This document shows, in pieces, positions 1 through 8,905 of a DNA stretch of 64,000 nucleotides. How positions within the stretch are numbered: position 1 is the first letter of the stretch; each line of letters opens with the position of its first letter. The translations under genes and the position numbers were made by a program. Under the pieces are notes generated by a model, which had not been told where the DNA came from, did not search any database, and saw only the letters and a program-made list of their open reading frames with translations. Origin of the DNA: a virus; IMG/VR virus record IMGVR_UViG_3300032213_003338, positions 58,609 through 122,608 of that record; one strand, given 5' to 3'.

Positions 1-572
1 GCTTTTACGCCTGTGTTGTTGACACCGCCTCTCTTGATCTTTTTGAGCCTGGGCTACCACAAAATAATAGATTAATATCAGCAATAAACTACCCATATCA
101 GGGTCTTAGCAAGGACAGCGCGCTTGACTGCCTTGTTAAGACCTTTTCAATTATGAATAGTTCTTGTATGGGCGTAATAACAAGTCTAGATAAAAGTGAT
201 GTCGAGTCTGGTAATTACGAAAAAATGAGGGAGTTTCTTCTAGAGCTTTCTGAGCTTTCAGCGGTGGAAAAAAGAGTCGCTGTTGAGTTTTCTTGGCTTA
301 AGTCCGACGAGCATTTGTCAAAACTGTTGAGCGTTGTTGCGCCGTATGAAGAAGTGCGTCTGGTTTTTTCTGGATTTTTATCAAACCCGAAAGACCTTAA
401 AGAATTAAAGCAAGCCGCCAAAATATGCAAGGTCTCTGGCTTTGATAATTACGAGTACTTTGGATCAGTTCCAAACAAGATATCTAATATATTCTCGATA
501 TTTGATATGGGATACAAGCTTGTCGGAACGCCTTCTCAGGCAATTCCAAAGCTGTTGCTAGATAAATTATGA
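1..572 (+). CDS. 5'-truncated, degenerate DeoC (deoxyribose-phosphate aldolase)-like TIM-barrel protein
   Basis: Frame is open from position 3 (FYACVVD...ISAINYPYQG). Segments follow DeoC order: INYPYQG~VIGFPLG, ESGNYEKMREFL~KSGDWDYVEEEI, KRVAVEFSWL~LKVIIETCLL, LVFSGF~VKTSTGF, GYKLVGTP~GADRIGTS. Catalytic Lys positions appear replaced. Confidence 0.45.
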   Translation, partial: FYACVVDTASLDLFEPGLPQNNRLISAINYPYQGLSKDSALDCLVKTFSIMNSSCMGVITSLDKSDVESGNYEKMREFLLELSELSAVEKRVAVEFSWLKSDEHLSKLLSVVAPYEEVRLVFSGFLSNPKDLKELKQAAKICKVSGFDNYEYFGSVPNKISNIFSIFDMGYKLVGTPSQAIPKLLLDKL

Positions 573-593
573 TTGGTATTAAAAAACAAACTA

Positions 594-601
594 GTGTATT
601 T
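594..601 (+). promoter_or_regulatory. GTGTATWW promoter motif (putative late promoter)
   Basis: GTGTATTT, then SD AGAGGA and ATG 620. The motif recurs upstream of more than 12 genes. Confidence 0.6.
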
Positions 602-619
602 TAAAACAAGAGGATAAAC

Positions 620-1234
620 ATGGCAACTAAATCAACTTCTAGTGCAACTACATATACAACAGCTGAATCAAACTTCGCTCAAACTGCTCGCGGCCTTGGT
701 ATCAGAAGAAACCAAGACACCCCACCAAGCCCAACATTTGATAAGCTTGGAAACTTTACAAGCCTTTCAAAGGCTGACGTCTCTGTACCAAGCTATGTAA
801 CAACCACATTTGCTGCCGGAAGCTTCACAGCAAGAGTTGCTGGCTTTGCCCAGACAGAATTTAGAAGAAAGCCAGGCGACACTACTCTTGCTTCCGCACA
901 GCCGCTAGCTGGAATCCCAGAAAGAGTTGCGGACGGTGGCCAAAGAACATACTCACTAATTAAACAATACGATCTAAAAGAAAACGTTCAAAGCGGTGAG
1001 GCTACAAGATGGATGGATCTTTACGGTCGTGTTCTTGAAGTTAACGGATCTAACATAGCAATTCTTAACGACAAAGCCGCTAACGCTGAAATCACATCCA
1101 CAACCTTTAGTGCAGATACAGCCTCTGGTAATGAGACATACGCTAAGAACAAGGGTCTTACTTACTACACAAAGTACACTGGCGGAAACAAATCAATAGG
1201 TGGGGTTGAAGCATTCAGCGTAGGCAAAGGATAA
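620..1234 (+). CDS. Hypothetical Thr/Ser/Ala-rich protein, probably virion structural
   Basis: 204-aa ORF with good SD, upstream promoter motif and structural-type composition. Confidence 0.55.
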   Translation: MATKSTSSATTYTTAESNFAQTARGLGIRRNQDTPPSPTFDKLGNFTSLSKADVSVPSYVTTTFAAGSFTARVAGFAQTEFRRKPGDTTLASAQPLAGIPERVADGGQRTYSLIKQYDLKENVQSGEATRWMDLYGRVLEVNGSNIAILNDKAANAEITSTTFSADTASGNETYAKNKGLTYYTKYTGGNKSIGGVEAFSVGKG

Positions 1235-1246
1235 AAGGCATAAAAA

Positions 1247-1855
1247 ATGTCAACAAACATAACAACACTAAATAATAACAAGAGCGTCTTTAAAGGCGGC
1301 GGTAGAGATATCGGCCCTGCGGCTGGTGATGTTCAGCACAACGACATAAGACCAACCCAACCAAACAACCAATTCACAACCTTTAGAGGCCCAAAACAAC
1401 TGCAAATTTCAGCTGGCACCACAGAAGTATTCAATGTTAGAGCAATGCAGCTTGATGATGATGATCAAACTATTGCCATTAAGTTTAACTCTCCATCAGA
1501 ATGCTTTACTGGTAACGGTGGAATGTTTATATCAGAGCACGACTTTATCATTGACAGCATAAAATTTAGATCAAGCAGCCCAAACGTTGGCGCCCTTACA
1601 GCAACACTCTTTAAATCAAATAGCGGAACCGCTTTTTCTGCCGGTACAGCCATTACTGCTGCGATGGACTTAACAACAGCAGCTCACACCGTTGCAACTG
1701 GTGCGTTGGTATCAGATACTGCTAGAACTGTAGTAAGGGGACAATCTGTTGGTCTAGTATTTACCGGCACACCCGATCAGGCTTCTGGCGTACTTTTTAG
1801 CGTCAAGGCTAGACGCGTAATACCAGGAACAAGATTCGACAACTACCTAGAATAA
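1247..1855 (+). CDS. Hypothetical beta-rich virion protein (decoration-like)
   Basis: 202-aa ORF; C-terminal half is a beta-strand-like A/T/G-rich domain. Confidence 0.5.
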   Translation: MSTNITTLNNNKSVFKGGGRDIGPAAGDVQHNDIRPTQPNNQFTTFRGPKQLQISAGTTEVFNVRAMQLDDDDQTIAIKFNSPSECFTGNGGMFISEHDFIIDSIKFRSSSPNVGALTATLFKSNSGTAFSAGTAITAAMDLTTAAHTVATGALVSDTARTVVRGQSVGLVFTGTPDQASGVLFSVKARRVIPGTRFDNYLE

Positions 1856-1863
1856 GGATAAAA

Positions 1864-2247
1864 ATGTCAAACATTAAAAATTTACTATCGAAACTACAAA
1901 AGGCTGTTGGCCAAGACGAAATGGGTATGACTCAGATGCAAATGATGATGCAGCAGCCAGAGATGGGTGGTGGTATGCAATCAGCTCCTGCCGAAATGCC
2001 CGAAATGCCAGAGATGCAAATGATGAGCGAAGAAGAGCCAGAAATGGAAGAAATGGATACCTCTGAGGTTGATGAAGAGACCAAAGAAATGTTTATGAGC
2101 GACATCAATGCTCTTATCGCAAACGCTGGCGATATTGCTAATCACGTTTCTCAAGGCAAAGAAATTGAAGCTTGGATGCTTGGCAAAATAACATTAGCCG
2201 CAGATTATATCTCTGCAGTTCGTGATAATTTTGTTGGTGATAAATAA
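1864..2247 (+). CDS. Met/Glu-rich acidic hypothetical protein, possible internal head protein
   Basis: Basic leader MSNIKNLLSKLQKAVG, M/E/P low-complexity middle, C-terminal EAWMLGKITLAADYISAVRD helix of a type I recall from large phages. Confidence 0.55.
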   Translation: MSNIKNLLSKLQKAVGQDEMGMTQMQMMMQQPEMGGGMQSAPAEMPEMPEMQMMSEEEPEMEEMDTSEVDEETKEMFMSDINALIANAGDIANHVSQGKEIEAWMLGKITLAADYISAVRDNFVGDK

Positions 2248-2272
2248 ATAAATAAAACAACGTAAAAGTAAG

Positions 2273-2295
2273 AACCGGCAGCAATGCCGGTTTTT
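2273..2295 (+). terminator. Rho-independent terminator
   Basis: AACCGGCA-GCAA-TGCCGGTT then TTT; GNRA loop; follows the 620-2247 operon. Confidence 0.85.
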
Positions 2296-2297
2296 GC

Positions 2298-2303
2298 TAT
2301 ACT
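2298..2303 (+). promoter_or_regulatory. Sigma70-like -10 box with leaderless start
   Basis: TATACT-N5-GTG(2309); same spacing as at 9539, 33775 and 61678. Confidence 0.55.
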
Positions 2304-2308
2304 TAAAT

Positions 2309-3205
2309 GTGATAGCAAATATTTATACAATTATAAGCCCTCTATGCGACGATTACTATTTAAGCGGTGGCCATACCACTGGCAGAGATCTTATTAATGC
2401 CTTGAAAGAGGCCGGGTATTTTGTAAATGTTATAACACCAAATGATCCTTTTCAGACACCAGACAGCGCAGATCTTTGTGTGTTTTTTGATTTATTCAAT
2501 GATCCAGGCGGATCAAAATGGTTTGGCCCTGGCGAGCAAAGACAGTTTTTAAATACTAAAAAACCAACTGTTGTTTTTGAATGCGCGTATACTGGAGCAA
2601 CCCCAGAAGAATACGGCGGCTGGATGATACAGCCAGATGTTAGATACCAACCAAACGCAATAAAGACATTTATGGCTGGGTTGATGACAAACAGCTTTGT
2701 TAATATATTTTTAAGCCCACTTCATTATAACGAGTGGTGCAAGTTTATTGGTAATCAAATCCCAAACCCGTTTTGCTATTTTCAAAAAATAGACTCTGGT
2801 ATATTCAATAACAAAGGATACGAAAGACCAATTAACGTTCTATATGTCGGGGCAATAACAGAAGCCAAGGGTGTTGTTGAAGCCCAGTATATGTTTGGAA
2901 ACAACATAAAGTTTATTGGGCGAGGAAATCTAGATCTCATAGATCAACAAAACTATTTAGGAACTGGAACTCCGCAAGAAATAGCAGAAGTTATGAATAA
3001 GGCTACGTTCTTTATACACACACCAAACTGGAAAGAGGCGTCAGCAAGAACAGTTGTAGAAGCGGCGATGTGCGGATGTAAACTGATTGTAAATGAAAAC
3101 GTTGGGGCTTGCTCGTTTGGTATTACTGATTTGTCAAACCCCTATTACGGGCAAAAATCATTTAATGATTTGGTTAGTGCAATAAAATCAATCAAGGGAT
3201 CATAA
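2309..3205 (+). CDS. Glycosyltransferase, GT-B fold (GT4-like)
   Basis: N-terminal SGG motif; VLYVGAITEAKG; FIHTPNWKEASARTVVEAAMCG (EX7E). Start moved to GTG 2309 on promoter spacing. Confidence 0.8.
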   Translation: MIANIYTIISPLCDDYYLSGGHTTGRDLINALKEAGYFVNVITPNDPFQTPDSADLCVFFDLFNDPGGSKWFGPGEQRQFLNTKKPTVVFECAYTGATPEEYGGWMIQPDVRYQPNAIKTFMAGLMTNSFVNIFLSPLHYNEWCKFIGNQIPNPFCYFQKIDSGIFNNKGYERPINVLYVGAITEAKGVVEAQYMFGNNIKFIGRGNLDLIDQQNYLGTGTPQEIAEVMNKATFFIHTPNWKEASARTVVEAAMCGCKLIVNENVGACSFGITDLSNPYYGQKSFNDLVSAIKSIKGS

Positions 3206-3206
3206 A

Positions 3207-4412
3207 TTGACTTCTGAATTAATAAAAAACATTGTTCAAGAATCTTCTTTAATCATTGACATTGGCGCAAATGTTGGTCAAACTTTTCTTGAGTATAAGT
3301 CTATAAACCCAAACGCTATTGTGGCTTCAATAGAAGCTAATCCACAATGTGAGGAAGCTTTAAAACAATCAGGAGCAAATTATAAAATTATTGCTTTAGG
3401 TGAAAAGGCGGCAGATAATAAAGATTTTTATATAAACAAGAATGAGCCAACATGCCAAGGAGCCTCTTTCTTTAAAGAAAACACGGCTCACTATGATGAA
3501 GGTAATTTTAATACGATTAAAGTGCCTACCATCACATTAGATGAGTTGACAGGATTCCAGACTTTTGATTTTATAAAGATTGATACGCAAGGCTCTGAGA
3601 TGTCAATTATTAACGGAGGGGTTAATACTCTCGCAAGAACAAAGTGGCTTTTAATTGAACTGCCTGTGTTGGAATACAATGCTGGAGCCGCCTCGTCTGA
3701 AGATATTATTAATAGACTTTATGAGATTGGTTTTACCCCAAAACAAATAATTAAAGATAATAAATTTGGAGATACAGTTGTGCAGCAAGATGTATTGTTT
3801 ATAAACACTAAATATGATCAAGATATCTTAGGCAGTGATTCTCCTCGAAAAACGCTTGGTGTAAAATATGATTTATTGTTATGGGCTTATGAAAAAATAA
3901 AGCCTCAATACTTTGTTGAAGTTGGCACATATAAATGCCAAACCTCTATTGGTTTATTTAAAACACATCTTCCTAACAAGGCTTATTTGCTTGATCTTTT
4001 TGAAAAAGCCCCACCTGAAGAACTACCACCTAACGACTTACCAATTACATCAGATCAAGCAGTGGGGCTGATACAAGAAAATTTTGGCGACGATTTTGAT
4101 TGTGGGGTTGTGGTTGGTAATTCAATTGATACACTGCCCGTTGTTGTGGATGCGATAAACTCATTTGATGCTGGTTCAACATTTATTTTCGTGGATGGCG
4201 GACATAGTTACGACACCACCCTTGCTGATCTAATGAATGTTAATTTAATAAAACATGAGCTATATGTGGCTATTGATGACGCAAACTTTTCTGGGGTTGC
4301 TCCTGCTATAGACGGATTTATTAATGCTGTTCGTAATCGAAACCCACAGCTTGTAGCGCATAGACCCAATTTAGTTATTTTTAAATTAGACCCACATGAA
4401 CATAACGCTTAA
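3207..4412 (+). CDS. Two-domain SAM methyltransferase: FkbM-family plus a second class I domain (Methyltransf_24-like)
   Basis: IIDIGANVG, SIEANP, FIKIDTQGSE (FkbM); then FVEVGTYK, FIFVDGGHSY, IDD. Confidence 0.85.
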   Translation: MTSELIKNIVQESSLIIDIGANVGQTFLEYKSINPNAIVASIEANPQCEEALKQSGANYKIIALGEKAADNKDFYINKNEPTCQGASFFKENTAHYDEGNFNTIKVPTITLDELTGFQTFDFIKIDTQGSEMSIINGGVNTLARTKWLLIELPVLEYNAGAASSEDIINRLYEIGFTPKQIIKDNKFGDTVVQQDVLFINTKYDQDILGSDSPRKTLGVKYDLLLWAYEKIKPQYFVEVGTYKCQTSIGLFKTHLPNKAYLLDLFEKAPPEELPPNDLPITSDQAVGLIQENFGDDFDCGVVVGNSIDTLPVVVDAINSFDAGSTFIFVDGGHSYDTTLADLMNVNLIKHELYVAIDDANFSGVAPAIDGFINAVRNRNPQLVAHRPNLVIFKLDPHEHNA

Positions 4413-4896
4413 CGTTTCTGAAATTAAAATATGTGAATGGATAGCAAAAAACAGATACGCCTCCAATAGAAACGGGGGCGTTTCTGATAAAAAGATCGGT
4501 CCTCAGTCGTGTGAAGAAACGGATCTAGAGGGAATATGTGGAGAGTTTGCTTTTTGCAAAGCTCTTAATTTATATCCAGATATGTCCATAAGTCCAAGAA
4601 AAGGCTCACATGATGTATTTGCCTTTGGTAAAACAATAGACGTTAAAACAACAAAATACAAAACCGGTAAGCTGCTAGCTAGACAGTCAAAGAACGAAGC
4701 CCCTTCTGAGATTTACGTTTTAATTGTTGGTCAGTGTCCTTCATATAAAATAGCTGGATGGTGTAGTGGATCAGATCTTATTAAAGACAGCAATCTTTTA
4801 GATCTTGGTTACGGAAAAACATACGGACTTGAGCAGTCTGCGCTCAAGCCCGTAGAAAAGATTAAGGCGTCTTTTTTATCTAACCTTAAGAATTGA
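4396..4896 (+). CDS. Putative PD-(D/E)XK nuclease-fold protein
   Basis: GICGEFAF...HDV...IDVKTT. Confidence 0.55.
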   Translation: MNITLNVSEIKICEWIAKNRYASNRNGGVSDKKIGPQSCEETDLEGICGEFAFCKALNLYPDMSISPRKGSHDVFAFGKTIDVKTTKYKTGKLLARQSKNEAPSEIYVLIVGQCPSYKIAGWCSGSDLIKDSNLLDLGYGKTYGLEQSALKPVEKIKASFLSNLKN

Positions 4897-5640
4897 CATT
4901 ACTGTATCCATTATTTGCTTTTCGGTTGTTATTTTATCTTGGGCCATTTTAAGATTTGCAGCTAACGCGCAGTTGTCTCCACCAAGTTCAGCACATGTTT
5001 TACCAGCGTGGAAAATACCCCCCACGCATTCTGCTGGTGCACCTACTTCACTACACCTAAAGCCGCCAAAGTCACCATCAGGACTACAGCAAGCGCCAGT
5101 CTGAGCAACTAAAAACATGCACTTAACTGCGTAAAGCCGACGAATAATATCAACCATTTCATTAATATCTGCATTACTAGGACAATTTACTAGATTATTA
5201 TTTTCGTCCCTTCCGCAATGATATGATCTTATCATACGTTCAACGAAACCATTAGGACCAAATACGGAACCCCATGTTGAAGGGTCGTCAGGATTAAATT
5301 CTGGGTGCTGCCTTTGCCAAGTCAAAGGCTGATCTCTGGTCGTTACAATTTGTTTTGACCCCTCGTCTTCATTGATGTATAACGCCTCGCACCGGCCATC
5401 TTCGGGCCTATTTCTACAATACATCCAAGGTATTATATCTCGGTAAATTTCTCTTACACTCCCGTGGCCGACAACGACACCAAGGTCATATTTTGCTGGA
5501 TATGTTACTCCACAAAGAGTACTCATGGCTCCAATCGGCGCTTCTTTTTCAGCACCTGGTTTTTCTAAACGCGTTGGCGGTGGCGGAACTGCTTGTTTTA
5601 CAGCCACTAATTTAATAATGTCTTCTATTGATCTTTTCAT
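4876..5640 (-). CDS. Cys-rich array paralog 5 (12 Cys), function unknown
   Basis: Leader MKRSIEDIIKLVAVKQ; HPEFNPDDPSTWGS; GACC...GDFGGF module. Confidence 0.85.
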   Translation of the reverse strand: MKRSIEDIIKLVAVKQAVPPPPTRLEKPGAEKEAPIGAMSTLCGVTYPAKYDLGVVVGHGSVREIYRDIIPWMYCRNRPEDGRCEALYINEDEGSKQIVTTRDQPLTWQRQHPEFNPDDPSTWGSVFGPNGFVERMIRSYHCGRDENNNLVNCPSNADINEMVDIIRRLYAVKCMFLVAQTGACCSPDGDFGGFRCSEVGAPAECVGGIFHAGKTCAELGGDNCALAANLKMAQDKITTEKQIMDTVMSILKVR

Positions 5641-5641
5641 T

Positions 5642-6409
5642 TTATTTTCTTTTAAGTAAAGACATCACCATGTCCATTGCTTCTTTTGTCTTTTTTGTTT
5701 GGTCGTTTTGTTGGATGGGATTTCGTGCTAAGCCACAATTGTCGCCACCGATATCTCCACAGCTTTTTCCAGGATAAAAATTTCCATCACATTCAGCACC
5801 AGTGGTTGGAACACATGTAAAGCCACCAAAATCTCCAGCTACTTTGCAGCAAGCTCCAGTTTGGGCAACAGCAAAAGAACACCTAGCAATGTAAAGTTGA
5901 CGAATAATTTCAATCTGTGCGTCTATGTCCGCTTGAGTAACACCAGGTCTTAACGGACCAGTTCCATATTCGCCGTCTTCACCCGCGTAGGCAAGGAAAT
6001 ATCTTAACTCTCTGTCAACAAACGCACCAGGCCCAAATAAAGAACCCCAGGTTGCAGGATCGTCTGGATTAAAATCTGGGTGCATCCTTTGCCAAGAAAG
6101 TGGTTTATCTCTATCCGTTACCCATTGGTCTGCTGGCATTGAGCCATCACCAGCAGGCGGGCCAAGGGATAATTGATTACATCCGCCACCAGGAATAGGA
6201 TGAGGTCGGCAATACATCCAGTCTACCATGGTAGCGTATGTTTGTTGCACTAAGGAAAGATATCTTAGCGGAATTGTTACTCCGCAAAGCGTAGTTGTTG
6301 AACCACCACCCGTTAAACTTTCTTCGGTAGACTCTGGTCTTTTTAAGACTGTTGGTATTGGTTGTTTTAAAGCGATTAATTTAATAGTATCTTCTATTGA
6401 TCTTTTCAT
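5642..6409 (-). CDS. Cys-rich array paralog 4 (10 Cys), function unknown
   Basis: Same leader and modules; lacks one internal Cys pair. Confidence 0.85.
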   Translation of the reverse strand: MKRSIEDTIKLIALKQPIPTVLKRPESTEESLTGGGSTTTLCGVTIPLRYLSLVQQTYATMVDWMYCRPHPIPGGGCNQLSLGPPAGDGSMPADQWVTDRDKPLSWQRMHPDFNPDDPATWGSLFGPGAFVDRELRYFLAYAGEDGEYGTGPLRPGVTQADIDAQIEIIRQLYIARCSFAVAQTGACCKVAGDFGGFTCVPTTGAECDGNFYPGKSCGDIGGDNCGLARNPIQQNDQTKKTKEAMDMVMSLLKRK

Positions 6410-6410
6410 T

Positions 6411-7193
6411 TTACTTCCGCTTAAGCATGGACATTACCATATCCATTACTTCTTTTTGCTTTTTCATTTGGTTGTTTTTCTGAATTGGATTTGGTGCTAA
6501 ACCGCAATTGTTGCCACCGATTTGTTGACAGCTTTGTCCTGGGTAAAAAGCCCCCTGACAGTTAGCTGTTCCAGCAACTTCTGTGCACGCAAATCCGCCG
6601 AAGTCGCCAACTGGCGTGCAACAAGCTCCGGCTTGAGATACAGCAAAACCACATTTTCGAAGCCACAGCTGCTTGAGTAGGTCAACCATTTCGTTAATTT
6701 GCGCATCGGTAATACCTGGGCACGGTCCAGTTCCGTACACATTGTCCTCACCCATTTGGCAATTAAGGTATCTTACGAATCCTTCAGCTAGACCACCTGG
6801 ACCCCACACAGAACCCCATGTTGCTGGATCTGTTGGATTAAACTCAGGGTGAAGCCTAATCCAAGTTAATGGCTCATCTCTATCGGTAACCTGGCCAATC
6901 CCGACAACAGAACCAAGGGGCGGACCGGCATATACTGGGGTGCACCCGTATTCAAGGCCTAGTGGATTCGGCTGACAGTACATACTAGTAATAATCCAAT
7001 CGTACACCATAGTGATTGTGAAAGGATACGGAATCTGTGCTGGGATACGCACTCCACAGATATCAAAAGTTTCACCAGGGCCACCACCCATAAGATCTTC
7101 ATTTACACCTTCAGGCTTTTTTAAAAGCGTTGGGGGTGGTGGTGTTTGTTTTAGTGCCGTTAATCTGATTTTTTCTTCTATTGACTTTTTCAT
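6411..7193 (-). CDS. Cys-rich array paralog 3 (12 Cys), function unknown
   Basis: ATG 7193 gives MKKSIEEKIRLTALKQ, matching the paralogs. Confidence 0.85.
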   Translation of the reverse strand: MKKSIEEKIRLTALKQTPPPPTLLKKPEGVNEDLMGGGPGETFDICGVRIPAQIPYPFTITMVYDWIITSMYCQPNPLGLEYGCTPVYAGPPLGSVVGIGQVTDRDEPLTWIRLHPEFNPTDPATWGSVWGPGGLAEGFVRYLNCQMGEDNVYGTGPCPGITDAQINEMVDLLKQLWLRKCGFAVSQAGACCTPVGDFGGFACTEVAGTANCQGAFYPGQSCQQIGGNNCGLAPNPIQKNNQMKKQKEVMDMVMSMLKRK

Positions 7194-7195
7194 AC

Positions 7196-7957
7196 TCAAC
7201 CTTTTATTTTTTTCATTACAGCAGACACAAGATCCATAGCTTTTTTATTTTCTTTTTGCATATTCAATGGGTTTGCCGCCAGAGCACAGTTGCTACCACC
7301 AATTTGTTGGCAGCTTTTTCCAGGGTAAAATGTTCCCTCACACCCAAAACTAGCAGTTTCAGTGCATGCAAACCCACCAAAATCACCAACTGCTGTGCAG
7401 CAGGCACCAGCTTGAGATACAATAAATCCACATTTACGAATATAAAGCTGGCGAACAAGATCAACCATTGCATTTACGTGATCTTGTGGGCACGGCGCGC
7501 GCGGACCGCGGCCATCTAATGGATCTGCGCAAGCAAACCACCTTACTTGATCTTCAATAACTTCACCAGGCCCAAACAAAGAACCCCATGTTTGAGGGTC
7601 TATAGGATCAAACTCTGGATGTATTCTTTGCCAAAGCAAAGGCAGATCCCTATCCGTTACAGTTACGTCTATAGGCATTGTTCCATCTATAGGCTCTGCA
7701 AGGTATAGTCCACGGCACGCACTAAAATTAGGATTATCACCCATCCTACAATACATAGACTCTACCATAATAGTGTATACTTTAATAACGGTATCTGCGT
7801 ATCCTGATGGTATTGTTATCCCGCAAACCTGATTGTTTGCGCCGCCACCCATTAAACTTTCTTCTGTAGACTCCGGTCTTTTTAATACGGTTGGCGGTGG
7901 CGGAACCGCTTGTTTCAAAGCGATTAGTCTGATCTTATCTTCTATTGATTTGTTCAT
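7196..7957 (-). CDS. Cys-rich array paralog 2 (12 Cys), function unknown
   Basis: MNKSIEDKIRLIALKQ leader; own GTGTATAA motif at 7967-7974 (- strand). Confidence 0.85.
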   Translation of the reverse strand: MNKSIEDKIRLIALKQAVPPPPTVLKRPESTEESLMGGGANNQVCGITIPSGYADTVIKVYTIMVESMYCRMGDNPNFSACRGLYLAEPIDGTMPIDVTVTDRDLPLLWQRIHPEFDPIDPQTWGSLFGPGEVIEDQVRWFACADPLDGRGPRAPCPQDHVNAMVDLVRQLYIRKCGFIVSQAGACCTAVGDFGGFACTETASFGCEGTFYPGKSCQQIGGSNCALAANPLNMQKENKKAMDLVSAVMKKIKG

Positions 7958-7966
7958 TATAATACC

Positions 7967-8905
7967 TTATACACCACCCCTTAGGGCTTTTATTATCATA
8001 TCAGTTATCGAAGCCCTTCCAAGCTGCGTGTTTTCTCTTTTCGATGGCGTTATTGTAGTTAATTTTGATTTTCCACAATTATCACCACCTATTTGCTGAC
8101 ATGTTTTTCCAGGATAAAAAGTGCCTTGGCACTCTCCTGCGCTACCAACTTCAGCACAAGAGAATCCTCCGAAATTTCCAACCGCAGAACAACACGCACC
8201 AGATGTGGCCTCTGCTCGTATACCGCATCTAGCATCAAACATCATTTTTGCGAGCTGCAGCCCTCCAGGCGTAAAGAACGGGCTAGATGTAATAGAGCGT
8301 GAGTACGGGTGAGTACCATCCCAAAACTGCTGCCATATGGCTGGGGTTGTCGGAGCCTGCATGTCAGGCTCTGTTAATCGCGTTGGGCCAAATACGTTTA
8401 CCCAGTTTCCTGGGATCGTCGTATCCCCTGGGTATCGACCAGTAAGATACTCAATAAGCATTCTGTATGTTCTAGGGACCGCCTCAAGCGGATTATCTAC
8501 TGATCCAGCATAATTACTAATCACACCAGCCATTCCAAGGCTTGCAAAAGACGGACATCCAGCTGGAAGCTGTCTTGGTGCCGGCTCGTGTACGTCACCA
8601 AACCCACCGCCACTAGAGCAATAAAAATTGTAATAATCGTACTGCAAATAAGCGTCTAGGCACTGGCATACCTGTGATGATGAGGCTGAAGTGCATGTTG
8701 GACACAGATCTTTTGCCGTAGCGTCTCTGTACACGTAATTCAAAGGATCTGTTGCAACTTCTATAGGATTTCCGCGCTCGTCCTCGGTTTTAGTTGTTGG
8801 ATTTGCTACAGTCTGAAATCGACCCTCTGGCCTGCGGCAATCAGCGGCTGTGGCTTTGTTTGGAACCAAAAGACGTTTTATTTTTTGCTCTAATTTGCTA
8901 TTCAT
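7967..8905 (-). CDS. Cys-rich array paralog 1 (14 Cys, divergent core), function unknown
   Basis: Shares the C-terminal GACC...GNFGGFSC...CQGTFYPGKTCQQIGGDNC module and a basic leader. Confidence 0.8.
   Translation of the reverse strand: MNSKLEQKIKRLLVPNKATAADCRRPEGRFQTVANPTTKTEDERGNPIEVATDPLNYVYRDATAKDLCPTCTSASSSQVCQCLDAYLQYDYYNFYCSSGGGFGDVHEPAPRQLPAGCPSFASLGMAGVISNYAGSVDNPLEAVPRTYRMLIEYLTGRYPGDTTIPGNWVNVFGPTRLTEPDMQAPTTPAIWQQFWDGTHPYSRSITSSPFFTPGGLQLAKMMFDARCGIRAEATSGACCSAVGNFGGFSCAEVGSAGECQGTFYPGKTCQQIGGDNCGKSKLTTITPSKRENTQLGRASITDMIIKALRGGV

Noticed and set aside
1918-2060. ATG/GAA-rich short repeats
   Set aside because: Low-complexity Met/Glu/Pro coding sequence, not a DNA repeat element.
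4876-8905. Diversity-generating retroelement targets
   Set aside because: No reverse transcriptase and no near-identical TR/VR pair with adenine-specific differences; divergence looks like ordinary paralog drift with indels.
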